64,000 nt of DNA from assembly GCA_963752285.1 (NCBI GenBank), contig CAVVXN010000005.1, positions 1,184,001 to 1,248,000 on the forward strand. Direction: 5' to 3'. Position numbers and translations under genes: made by a program. The first letter of the stretch is position 1, and the number at the start of each line of letters is the position of its first letter. This stretch comes from an uncultured Planctomycetota bacterium. GTDB lineage: Bacteria > Planctomycetota > PLA2 > JAEUHO01. Shown one piece after another: positions 44,840 to 53,999 of this stretch. Below the pieces are notes generated by a model, which was given only the letters and a program-made list of their open reading frames with translations, had not been told where the DNA came from and made no database searches.

Positions 44840-45346
44840 ATGGCCTGGAAACGCCCGCGCGATGAGGACACCAAGCCCAACCTCACGCCGATGATCGACA
44901 TGACCTTCCTCCTGGTCGTGTTCTTCATGATCGCGATCGACCTGTCCCAGAAGGAGTTCCAGCCGGTCGAGCTGCCCTACGCCAAGAACGCGATACCGGA
45001 CAAGGAAGACCCCGACGTCAAGCGGCTCGTCATCAACCTGCTCGAGAGCGGCGACATCGTGTTCAAGAACTACGTCGGCAAGCTCGCCACGGGCTCGCCG
45101 GCGGAGCAGGCGGACGCGCTCGTCAATCTGAAGAAAGAGCTCGAGATCCTGACCGCCGACATCAAGCTGAAGGAGCCGGACGGCGCCAGCAAGGTCCCGG
45201 TGATGATCCACGGCGACCGCTCCGCGCGCTGGCAGTTCGTACAGTGGATCATGCAGGTGTGTGCCGATCCCCGCGTGCAGATCTACAAGATCCAGTTCGC
45301 GGTGAAGGGCCCGACGCCGAAGGAGAAGGCGGAGGGAGGGGGCTAG
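44840..45346 (+). CDS. exbD: ExbD/TolR family protein 1
   Basis: NLTPMIDMTFLLVVFFMI, V.LP.A, VMIHGDRSA.W. Confidence 0.92.
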   Translation: MAWKRPRDEDTKPNLTPMIDMTFLLVVFFMIAIDLSQKEFQPVELPYAKNAIPDKEDPDVKRLVINLLESGDIVFKNYVGKLATGSPAEQADALVNLKKELEILTADIKLKEPDGASKVPVMIHGDRSARWQFVQWIMQVCADPRVQIYKIQFAVKGPTPKEKAEGGG

Positions 45347-45461
45347 TGCGTCGCCCCCCCACCCCGCGCGGTGGTCTCGATTCCGGGCCGGGCTCCTCGC
45401 AGCCGGCCGTACGTGCCCGTCCGCGCCGCGCCGGCGGCGCCCCGTTCCGCTGGAGTCTCCG

Positions 45462-46037
45462 ATGGCGATGAAGATCCCCGAGTCCGACGAGACGGAAATG
45501 AACATGACGCCGATGATCGACGTCGTGTTCCAGCTGATCGTGTTCTTCATGCTCGTGCTCAAGTTCAAGAGCGTGGACCTGAGGATCCAGAGCGAGCTCC
45601 CGAAGAACAAGGGCATCCAGGCCACGAACCAGTTCGTGGACGAGAAGCCGATGATCACGGTGAAGCTCTTCAACCACGACACCGAGACGGACCACGCGTA
45701 CACGAAGATCCGCATCGGGAACAACTACGAGGTCAACCTGCCGAAGGGCAAGTGGTCGGGCATCGGCCAGGAAGACGAGAGACGCCTGGAGGAATACAAG
45801 CAGGCGAAGCAGCAGGTCGTTGCCGCGATCAAGGGGATGTGGACCCAGCTCGGTCAGAAGGACGAGACCCAGGGCGAGATCAAGACCCCGCCCCCCTTCG
45901 GACAGGGCGTGCCGAACGGCGACGTGATCATGGTGCTCGACGCGTTCCTCGAGGCCGGAGTGAAGAGCGTCGAGTTCGAGGGCGCGATGCCCCCGAACTT
46001 CCACGCCGGCCAGGGCGGCGTGATCGAGCGCAACTGA
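45462..46037 (+). CDS. exbD: ExbD/TolR family protein 2
   Basis: NMTPMIDVVFQLIVFFML, VIMVLDAFLEAGVKSVEF. Confidence 0.9.
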   Translation: MAMKIPESDETEMNMTPMIDVVFQLIVFFMLVLKFKSVDLRIQSELPKNKGIQATNQFVDEKPMITVKLFNHDTETDHAYTKIRIGNNYEVNLPKGKWSGIGQEDERRLEEYKQAKQQVVAAIKGMWTQLGQKDETQGEIKTPPPFGQGVPNGDVIMVLDAFLEAGVKSVEFEGAMPPNFHAGQGGVIERN

Positions 46038-46198
46038 GCGGTCGGGCCGCCTGACGGCCCGCGGCGGGGGCGCGACGTGCGTGCGCCTTCGTCGTCGGCT
46101 CCGTCCTCCGGACGGGGCCTCCCGACGACCGGCGCGTCGCGCCGGTGGGATCCGACCCGGAGAGCGACCCGGCGCGCGTCGGGCCGGGAGGTCGGACC

Positions 46199-46729
46199 AT
46201 GACCGCCTCACGCTTCGAGGAAGAGAACGCGAATCCCGGGGACTTCCTCACCCCGATGATCGACGTCGTCTTCCAGCTGATCGTCTTCTTCCTCTTCACG
46301 CTCCGGTTCCGCTCGCTCGACCGTCGCATCGAGAGCGAGCTGCCGCGCGACGGTCCGTGCCCGTCGCCGGTCTTCGTGAACGAGCCCCCGACGGTGAAGG
46401 TGGCCTGCTTCCGCGTGGACCCCGCCGGACCGCGACCCTTCACGCGCCTCCGCCTCGGCGCGCGGACCGTGGACCTGCCCCCCGTCCCCGAGTTCGATCG
46501 CGGCGCCCGGGCGGACGTCGTCCAGGCGGTTCGTGACCTGGAGGCGCGACTCGGCGATCCGCCGGCCGTGAAGGGCGAGATCCGGACCCCGCCGCCGTTC
46601 GGGCCGGCCGTGCCGCACGGCGACGTCGTCTTCGTGCTCGACGCGCTGCTCGAGGCCGGGATCGCGGACGTGACCTTCGAGGGATCCCCCTTGCCCCTGC
46701 CCGCTCCGCCGCCGCCCGCCCGGAGGTGA
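46199..46729 (+). CDS. exbD: ExbD/TolR family protein 3 (paralog of ExbD2)
   Basis: LTPMIDVVFQLIVFFLF, VVFVLDALLEAGIADVTF. GGAGG before ATG 46199. Confidence 0.88.
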   Translation: MTASRFEEENANPGDFLTPMIDVVFQLIVFFLFTLRFRSLDRRIESELPRDGPCPSPVFVNEPPTVKVACFRVDPAGPRPFTRLRLGARTVDLPPVPEFDRGARADVVQAVRDLEARLGDPPAVKGEIRTPPPFGPAVPHGDVVFVLDALLEAGIADVTFEGSPLPLPAPPPPARR

Positions 46730-48627
46730 GCGCCCTCCTTGCCTCGGGCCCCTCCCGGGGCGAGGCTCGGGGCCTCGTGCGAACCCGCGTCCTACTCGTC
46801 CTGGCGGTCGCCGCCGCGGCGGCCTCCCTCGTCCTCTGGCGACCGTGGGCCCGATCGCGGGCCCCCGGCGTCCGGACCCTCGTGCTGGTCACGCTCGACA
46901 CGACGCGCCGAGACCACGTGGGCACGTACGCCCCGACCGACCGGGCGACGGGCGTTCCGGACGCCTCGACGCCGAACCTCGACCGTCTCGCCGCCTCGGG
47001 CGTTCGCTTCGACGACGCGATGACGCCGGTCCCGCTGACCCTCCCCGCGCACACCGCGATGCTCTCGGGTCTGCCGCCCGCCGCGACCGGGGTCCGCGTG
47101 AACGCGTACGGCCGGATCCCCGACGCCTCGGTCCGCGGCTTCGCGCTCCTTCCCGAGTCGCTCGCGGCCGCGGGCTGGAAGACGGGCGCGTTCGTCTCGG
47201 CCAGCCCACTCGCCCGCCGCTACGGCCTCGACCACGGGTTCGGGACCTACGACGACGGCGATCTCGAGGACCCGCACGGCCTCGAGTGCGCGGAACGGGC
47301 GGGCGCCGTAACCGTGGACCGCGCGCTCGCCTGGCTCGCCCTGCGCACCGGGACGGAGCGCGTGTTCCTCTGGGTGCACCTCTTCGAGCCGCACGCGCCG
47401 TACGCGCCCGAGGCGCCGGCGGGCCTCCCCGCGGACACGCGCTACCGCCTCGACGTCGCCCGGGCGGACGCGGCGGTCGGCCGTCTCCTCGAGGGTCTCG
47501 CGGCGCGGGGACGCGGCGACGCCGCGGTGCTGGTGGTCGCCGACCACGGCGAGGCGCTCGACGAGCTCGGCGAGAAGACCCACGGCATCCTGCTCGGAGA
47601 CGCCGTCCTCCGGGTGCCGATGCTCCTCCGCGCCCCGGGGCTCCTACCGGGCGTTCGGACCGACCCCGCCGACCTCGCGGACGTGGCCCCGACGCTCGCG
47701 CACCTCGCGAACCTCCCGTGGGACCCGCACGCCGAGGTCGTCGGTCACGGCCAGGACCTCCTCCGCGCGCCGGCACCCGCCGACCGGGTCCGCGTGGCGG
47801 AGTCGCTGTACGCAAACCAGCTCCACGGGTGGGCCCAGCTCCTCGCCGCGACGGGCCCGGACGGCGGGACGCTCGTGGACGCGGGCGCCGACCGCCTCCG
47901 GTGGCTCGTCCGCGCCCCCTTCGGCGACCCGCAGGCCGCGCCCGGTCCCCCGGGCCACCCCGAGGGCCTCGCGCGTCTCGGCGACGCCCTTCGCCGCTAC
48001 CGGCAGGGCGAACGCGCGGACCGGATCCAGGCCGGCGACGTTCCCTCGGGGTACAGCGCGGCGGCGCGGGTCGCGCCCTTCCTGGACCCGGTCGAGAACG
48101 CGCGACGACCCGACCCCTACGCCTCGATCGACCGGCACTTCCTGCTCGACCGCGAGAAGGAGCGGCTCCTCGCGGGGGCGTCCCCCACGGACGTGGTGAA
48201 CGCGCTCGAGCGGCTGGCCGGCCAGGACCCGCACGACATGGAGGTCCGGTTCTGGATCGGGAACGCCTGGGCCCGGGAGGCCGCCCGGCGCGACGGAAGC
48301 GGGGCCGGGCCGGCCGAGGTGCGCGAGGCCCTCGGGCAGGCGGAGGCGTCGTACGTCCGGGCGCTCGAGAACGGACGGCGCGACCCGACCACCCTCGTCC
48401 TCGCCGCGGGCACCAACGCCAGGGACCGCGAGGCGGAGATGCTCGACCGGCTCGACCGGTGGGCGCCGGAGGTCGAGCCGGACTACCGGGTCCCGGCGCT
48501 CCGCGCGCGCCTGCTCGAGAGCCTCGGCCGGACCGCCGACGCCGGGCGTGCCTGGGGGAAGGCGGAGACGCTCACCCGCTCCCCTTCCGAGCGACGCGCG
48601 CTCGAGCGACTCCGCCATCCCCGTTGA
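46726..48627 (+). CDS. Sulfatase-like (alkaline phosphatase superfamily) hydrolase with C-terminal TPR-like region
   Basis: N-terminal TM, VTLDTTRRDH, TPNLDRLA..G, LTLPAHTAMLSG, WVHLFEPHAPY, ADHGE, THG. Confidence 0.87.
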   Translation: MSALLASGPSRGEARGLVRTRVLLVLAVAAAAASLVLWRPWARSRAPGVRTLVLVTLDTTRRDHVGTYAPTDRATGVPDASTPNLDRLAASGVRFDDAMTPVPLTLPAHTAMLSGLPPAATGVRVNAYGRIPDASVRGFALLPESLAAAGWKTGAFVSASPLARRYGLDHGFGTYDDGDLEDPHGLECAERAGAVTVDRALAWLALRTGTERVFLWVHLFEPHAPYAPEAPAGLPADTRYRLDVARADAAVGRLLEGLAARGRGDAAVLVVADHGEALDELGEKTHGILLGDAVLRVPMLLRAPGLLPGVRTDPADLADVAPTLAHLANLPWDPHAEVVGHGQDLLRAPAPADRVRVAESLYANQLHGWAQLLAATGPDGGTLVDAGADRLRWLVRAPFGDPQAAPGPPGHPEGLARLGDALRRYRQGERADRIQAGDVPSGYSAAARVAPFLDPVENARRPDPYASIDRHFLLDREKERLLAGASPTDVVNALERLAGQDPHDMEVRFWIGNAWAREAARRDGSGAGPAEVREALGQAEASYVRALENGRRDPTTLVLAAGTNARDREAEMLDRLDRWAPEVEPDYRVPALRARLLESLGRTADAGRAWGKAETLTRSPSERRALERLRHPR

Positions 48628-48884
48628 CGCGGCGGTGACACTCCCGGCCCCGCGAACGCGCCGCGGAGCCTCGATTCGCCCGAAGTCGTTTTCAGGCCGG
48701 GACGTATGACCAAGCCATGACCGCTCTCGGGTGATCTACGCCGGTCCAGGGAGGAGGTTCTCGGCGTCGGCGAGTGGCGGGCGAGGGCCCGCGGTCGCGC
48801 CGTCGTCCGGTCCTCGCGACGAGGATCTCGTCCTCGCGCCAGGAGACCACCTCCCGCAGAGGCTTTGCAGAGCAGGAGATCGGC

Positions 48885-51776
48885 ATGCACAGGGACGTGC
48901 GTAGCTCGCTCGGTTCCGCGCTCGTGGTCGCGACGCTCGCCTTCACCGCCTGTCACGGTCGCCGACAGATCGCGGTGTCGCCTGCGGCGCCGATGGCCGC
49001 CCAGCCCGCGGCGACGCCGTCTTCGGGCGGTCCGACGCCCGGAGAGCTCGCCGCGAAGGCCGGCGACGTCGTGATCGTCTCGCGCCGTCCGGTCCCGACC
49101 GCCGCCGAGCCCGGCGCGGCCGCGCCGCCCGCGAGCCCGATGCCCGCGCCCGCCGCGGCCCCGTCGGGCGAGCCCGCGGCGCCGGCCGGAGAGGCGGGCC
49201 CGGAGGCGGGACCCGGCGCCCTGCTCGGCGACGTCCGACTCCGCTCCGCCGTCGAGCGCGACAAGGTGCAGTTCGTCGTCCAGCAGAAGCTGCAGTCCGC
49301 CAAGGACGAGGAGCTCAACGGCAACTACGCCGCCGCCGAGCGTCTGCTCCTCGACGCCCAGGAGCTCGACCCGACGAACACCGACGTGCGCACCGAGCTC
49401 CGACTCGTGCAGGCGTACCTCGGCCGCCGCTCCGCCACCGCGGGCGACTTCCTCGAGACCGTGCGCCAGGTGCAGAAGGTGCGGATCGACGAGCAGCGCA
49501 CCACCGCGAGCAAGCTGGTCAACCTCGCGCGTCAGAACCTCCAGGGTCGGCGGTACGACGACGCGATCGACAACTTCGAGCAGGCGCTCTTCATCATCAC
49601 CTCTTCGCCGTACGACGTGGACTGGGGCGGCCTCAAGGAGCAGGCCGAGCAGGGGCTCCGCAACGCGAAGCAGATGAAGCAGGAGGCCCAGCGCGCCGAG
49701 CACCGCGCGTCGGTCGAGAGCTCCCTCGAGAACATGGCCCAGGCCGAGGAGCAGCGCCTGCTCGCCGAGCAGCAGCAGCTCGAGCGTCTCATGGGCTCCG
49801 CGATCGAGGCCTTCGACCGCGACGACTTCGAGCACGCCGAGTTCTACGCCGGCAAGGTGCTCGACGTGCAGCCCGACAACACGAAGGCCCGCGACCTCCA
49901 GCTCGCCGCGCGCCGCGCCCACCACGACCAGGTCGAGGGCGACTACCTCATCGAGGAGAAGCGCCACTTCCGCGAGTGGATGGACGACATCGAGGCCACG
50001 CGCATCCCGCAGGACAAGATCCTCAAGTGGCCCAGCCAGTCGTTCTGGGACCACATCTCCGAGGTCCGGCGCGCCACGCGTGCCAGCTTCGGCGCGGTCG
50101 AGGTGGACCCCGAGGCCGACGCACTCCGCGCGAAGCTCCGCACGACGACCGTGAACCTCCAGGTCCAGGACCAGCCCTTCGAGGACGTGGTGAAGCTCCT
50201 CTCGATCCAGACGGGCATCAACCTCACGATCGACGCGCGGATCAAGAGCGACATCGGGCAGAACCCCGTCGCGAGCCTCCAGGCCGAGGACCTCCCGCTC
50301 TCGACCGTGCTCGACCTCCTCAAGCAGTCCGCCGGCGAGGACGCCGTGTGGACCGTCAAGGGAAACGTCGTCCTCTTCACGAACAAGACCCTCTTGAAGC
50401 CGCCCCTCACCGTGCAGCTGCACGACGCGGCGGACCTCACCACGGGCCTGCCCGACTTCATCCCGCCCAACATCCAGATCGTGAACCCCGACATGGTGTC
50501 CGACGAGGAGCACCCCCTCTTCGGCGCCGAGGGCGAGGAGCCGCGGCTCCCCTACGGCACGATCGACGAGCTCATCGAGCTCATCAAGGGCGCGGTCGAG
50601 CCCAAGTTCTGGGACGAGACCGAGGGCGCGGAGATCCGGGCCCAGGGCGAGCACACGCTGGTCGTGAAGGCGACCGACCCGATCCAGGAGAAGGTCGAGA
50701 GCTTCCTGAACGACCTGAGGGCGTTCGCCGGGATCGTCGTGACGATCGAGACCCGGTTCCTCGAGGTCGGCGACTACTTCCTCCGCGACGTCGGCGTCGA
50801 CTGGCGCGGGCTCGGCGGCCAGACGCCCGGTCCGCTCGTCAACCTCGACGACGTGACGAACGGGCTCGTGAACGGCGCGTCGGCCGGCTACGACAACGGC
50901 GGCGGCGGCCTCACCACGGGCGCCGCGCTGAACCCGTCTTCGGGCGTGTACTTCAGCGACGGCCACGAAGGTGACATCCGGGCCCGGACGGAGAACATCT
51001 TCAACAACAGCCTCGGGACGGTGCTCTCGTCCCTCGGCGGCGCGAGCTTCACGTTCTCGTACCTCGACGACACCGACATCTCGATGATCTTGAGGGCCAC
51101 GCAGAAGTCCGCCCTCGCGAAGTCGCTGACCGCCCCGAAGATCACCGTCTTCAACACGCAGCGCGCGAACCTGACGGTGGTGAACCAGCTCTCCTACATC
51201 CAGGACTTCGACGTCGAGGTCGCGCAGACCTCCTTCATCGCGGACCCGATCGTCGGCATCATCCAGGACGGCCTTACGCTCGACGTCCGGCCGACCGTCT
51301 CGAACGACCGGCGGTACATCACGCTCGAGCTCCAGCCCACCGTCGCGAAGCTCTCCCAGCCCATCCCGACGTTCGCCACCACCCTGGCGTCGTCGTTCAC
51401 CCCCGTCATCATCCAGCTGCCCGAGCTGAGGCTCCAGCAGGCCCGCGTGACCGTGCGGATCCCGGACCGCGGCTCGATCCTGATCGGCGGCCTCAAGAAC
51501 ATCACCACGGTGGACCGCCAGTCCTCGACGCCCTGGCTCGCGAACGTACCGATCCTCTCGTTCTTCTTCAGCCGCAAGGGCCGGAGCGACGAGGTCACGC
51601 ACCTGATGATCATCGTTCGCGCCGAGATCACGGACCTGCACGAGCAGGAGCAGTCGGTCATGGGGACGACCGGCGGACCGGGCGAGCGCGTGGCGCTCCC
51701 CCCCACGCCCTTCCACATGGACGCGTTGCCGCCGAACCCCTGCGAGGTCACGACGCCTCCGCCGCCGGTGAAGTGA
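48885..51776 (+). CDS. Secretin-like lipoprotein 2 (paralog of secretin 1)
   Basis: AGGAG + ATG 48885, lipobox FTAC (Cys23), TPRs, ETRFL...DVGVD, DGLTLDVRPTVS.DRRY, PDRGSILIGGL, PWLANVPILSFFFS. Confidence 0.88.
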   Translation: MHRDVRSSLGSALVVATLAFTACHGRRQIAVSPAAPMAAQPAATPSSGGPTPGELAAKAGDVVIVSRRPVPTAAEPGAAAPPASPMPAPAAAPSGEPAAPAGEAGPEAGPGALLGDVRLRSAVERDKVQFVVQQKLQSAKDEELNGNYAAAERLLLDAQELDPTNTDVRTELRLVQAYLGRRSATAGDFLETVRQVQKVRIDEQRTTASKLVNLARQNLQGRRYDDAIDNFEQALFIITSSPYDVDWGGLKEQAEQGLRNAKQMKQEAQRAEHRASVESSLENMAQAEEQRLLAEQQQLERLMGSAIEAFDRDDFEHAEFYAGKVLDVQPDNTKARDLQLAARRAHHDQVEGDYLIEEKRHFREWMDDIEATRIPQDKILKWPSQSFWDHISEVRRATRASFGAVEVDPEADALRAKLRTTTVNLQVQDQPFEDVVKLLSIQTGINLTIDARIKSDIGQNPVASLQAEDLPLSTVLDLLKQSAGEDAVWTVKGNVVLFTNKTLLKPPLTVQLHDAADLTTGLPDFIPPNIQIVNPDMVSDEEHPLFGAEGEEPRLPYGTIDELIELIKGAVEPKFWDETEGAEIRAQGEHTLVVKATDPIQEKVESFLNDLRAFAGIVVTIETRFLEVGDYFLRDVGVDWRGLGGQTPGPLVNLDDVTNGLVNGASAGYDNGGGGLTTGAALNPSSGVYFSDGHEGDIRARTENIFNNSLGTVLSSLGGASFTFSYLDDTDISMILRATQKSALAKSLTAPKITVFNTQRANLTVVNQLSYIQDFDVEVAQTSFIADPIVGIIQDGLTLDVRPTVSNDRRYITLELQPTVAKLSQPIPTFATTLASSFTPVIIQLPELRLQQARVTVRIPDRGSILIGGLKNITTVDRQSSTPWLANVPILSFFFSRKGRSDEVTHLMIIVRAEITDLHEQEQSVMGTTGGPGERVALPPTPFHMDALPPNPCEVTTPPPPVK

Positions 51777-51800
51777 CCGCGGCACACCCGAGAAGCTCCT

Positions 51801-51826
51801 CGAGGCCCGGCGAAAGCCGGGCCTCG
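51801..51826 (+). terminator. GAAA-tetraloop hairpin after secretin 2
   Basis: cgaggcccggc-gaaa-gccgggcctcg, an 11-bp perfect stem with no U tract. Confidence 0.6.
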
Positions 51827-51889
51827 TCGTAGACGGGCGCGTCGTCCCCCGTCGCACGGCCCGGGTCGCGGGGCTGGTACATTCGCGCC

Positions 51890-52627
51890 GTGGAGCCCGG
51901 CGGTCCCCTTCTCGACGTCGTCCTCTTCGACGTGGACGACACGCTCTACAGCACGACGGAGTTCGCGGAGAAGGCGCGCCGCTGGGCGGTGCGCGCGATG
52001 ATCGAGAAGGGGCTCGACATCGGCGAGGACGAGGCCTACCAGGAGCTCACGGAGGTCGTCCAGGAGTTCTCGAGCAACTATGAGCACCACCTGGACCGGC
52101 TGCTCGACCGGCTCGGCCCGGCGCGCCTCTCGGGCCGGAACCCCGCGATCCTCGTCGCCGCGGGGGTCGTCGCGTACCACCGCACCAAGCAGGCCGAGAT
52201 GGAGGCCCTCCCCGACGCACGGGCGCTGCTGGAGGCCCTCCGGCGGGCGGGCGTCGCCTGCGGAGTCGTCAGCGCGGGGCTCCAGGTGAAACAGGCTGAG
52301 AAGCTGATCCGGCTGCGGCTCCTTCCCCTGCTCGAGCCGCGCGCCATCTTCTTCTCGGATCAGATGGGCGTCTCGAAGCCGAACCCCAAGATCTACGCGA
52401 AGGCGTGCGCGGCGCTTGGCGTGGCGCCCGCGCGCGCGATGTACGTGGGCGACCGACCGAGCCACGACGTGGTCCCGGCCGCGCGCATCGGCATGCGGAC
52501 GGTCCTCTACCGCGGCGCGGGCGGGAAGTACGCCCGCGAGACGCCCGAGGTCCCGCCGGACCACGACGTCACCGACCTGAGGGCCCTCATCCCGGTCCTG
52601 AGGACGCGCTACGCCCTCCGGGTCTGA
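51890..52627 (+). CDS. HAD superfamily hydrolase (subfamily IA)
   Basis: FDVDDTLY (motif I), KPNP, YVGDR..HDV. Confidence 0.92.
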   Translation: MEPGGPLLDVVLFDVDDTLYSTTEFAEKARRWAVRAMIEKGLDIGEDEAYQELTEVVQEFSSNYEHHLDRLLDRLGPARLSGRNPAILVAAGVVAYHRTKQAEMEALPDARALLEALRRAGVACGVVSAGLQVKQAEKLIRLRLLPLLEPRAIFFSDQMGVSKPNPKIYAKACAALGVAPARAMYVGDRPSHDVVPAARIGMRTVLYRGAGGKYARETPEVPPDHDVTDLRALIPVLRTRYALRV

Positions 52628-52647
52628 GGCCGTGTCACGCGGCGACC

Positions 52648-53037
52648 CTACGCGAGCACGGCGATCGCGGCGATCTCGACGCGCACGTCGCGCGGGAGCT
52701 TCGACGCCTCGACCGTGACGCGCGCCGGCGCCGCCGCGGGGAAGTGCCGGGCGTACGCCTCGTTCATGCGGGCGAAGTCGCCGAGGTCCCGGAGGAAGAC
52801 GTCGCAGCGGACCACGTGGGCGAGGTCGGTTCCCGCCGCCTCGAGGACCGCGGCGAGGTTCTGGAGGACCCGGTCCGTCTCGGTCGCGACGTCGCCCCCG
52901 CCGACGCGCTCGCCCGTCTGCGGGTCGAGCGCGATCTGACCGGAGGCGAAGACGAAGCCCCCGGCGACGACGGCCTGGCTGTAGGGCCCGATGGCCTGCG
53001 GCGCCTTCGTGGACTGGACGATCCGGCGCGTGCTCAT
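52648..53037 (-). CDS. ridA: RidA/YjgF family enamine deaminase
   Basis: APQAIGPYSQAV, SGQIALDP, NEAY..F...PAR, LP.D..VEI. Confidence 0.95.
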   Translation of the reverse strand: MSTRRIVQSTKAPQAIGPYSQAVVAGGFVFASGQIALDPQTGERVGGGDVATETDRVLQNLAAVLEAAGTDLAHVVRCDVFLRDLGDFARMNEAYARHFPAAAPARVTVEASKLPRDVRVEIAAIAVLA

Positions 53038-53999
53038 GCGTTCTCCTCGGCGAGGTGACAGGCCGCGTCGTGCCCCGGGCGGTGCGGGAGGAGACGCGGC
53101 TCCTCCTCCCGGCAGCGCTTCGCCGCCAGCGGACAGCCCGGCGTGAAGGGACACGCGGGCGCGAGACCCGCCGCCGGCCTCAGCCCCGTCGGACGGGACG
53201 CGCGACGGCGGGCTTCCGCCTCGGGGTCCGGGATGGGCGCAGCGGCGAGCAACGCCCGCGTGTACGGATGCAGGGGACGCTCGTACACGTCGTCCCGCGG
53301 CCCGGACTCCACGATGCGGCCGCCGGCCATGACGGCGACCCGGTCCGAGACCCGGCGCACGACGGCCAGGTCGTGCGCGATGAAGAGGAGGGTCAGGTCG
53401 CGGCGACGGCGGAGATCGAGCAGCAGGTCGAGCGCGAGGGCCTGGACGGAGACGTCGAGGGCCGAGACCGGCTCGTCGAGGATCAGCACCTCGGGCTCGA
53501 GCACGAGGGCACGGGCGAGTCCCACGCGCTGGCGCTGCCCCCCCGAGAGCTCGTGCGGACGGCGGCGACACTCGGCGGGGTCGAGGCCGACCTCCGCGAG
53601 GGCCCGGTCCACGATCGGGGCCACCTCCGCCCGCCGCGCGAGGCCGTGCACGCGGATCGGCTCGGCCACGGCGTCGGCCACCGAGAGTCGGGGGTCGAGG
53701 CTCCCGTAGGGGTCCTGGAACACGAGCTGGAGGCGGCGGCAGAGTGCGCGCCGCGCCTTCGGCGGCAGCCCGACGACGGACCGGCCCGCGAGGCGGACGT
53801 CGCCCGAGAGCGGGCGGACGAGGCCCACGATCGTTCGCGCGAGCGTGGACTTCCCCGAGCCGGACTCGCCCACGAGCCCGAGCGCCTCGCCGCGACAGAG
53901 CGTCAGCGAGACCCCGTCCACGGCCGGGGCGGGCGCGTCGTCGCCGTAGCGGACGACGAGGTCCTCGACCTCGAGAAGGGGGTCGTCCGCGCGGTTCAC
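53034..53999 (-). CDS. oppF: Oligopeptide/dipeptide ABC transporter ATP-binding protein (OppF-like)
   Basis: GESGSGKST, FQDPYGSLDPR, LSGGQRQR, LDEPVSALDVSVQA, HPYTRAL, C-terminal Cys cluster. Confidence 0.93.
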   Translation of the reverse strand: MNRADDPLLEVEDLVVRYGDDAPAPAVDGVSLTLCRGEALGLVGESGSGKSTLARTIVGLVRPLSGDVRLAGRSVVGLPPKARRALCRRLQLVFQDPYGSLDPRLSVADAVAEPIRVHGLARRAEVAPIVDRALAEVGLDPAECRRRPHELSGGQRQRVGLARALVLEPEVLILDEPVSALDVSVQALALDLLLDLRRRRDLTLLFIAHDLAVVRRVSDRVAVMAGGRIVESGPRDDVYERPLHPYTRALLAAAPIPDPEAEARRRASRPTGLRPAAGLAPACPFTPGCPLAAKRCREEEPRLLPHRPGHDAACHLAEENA

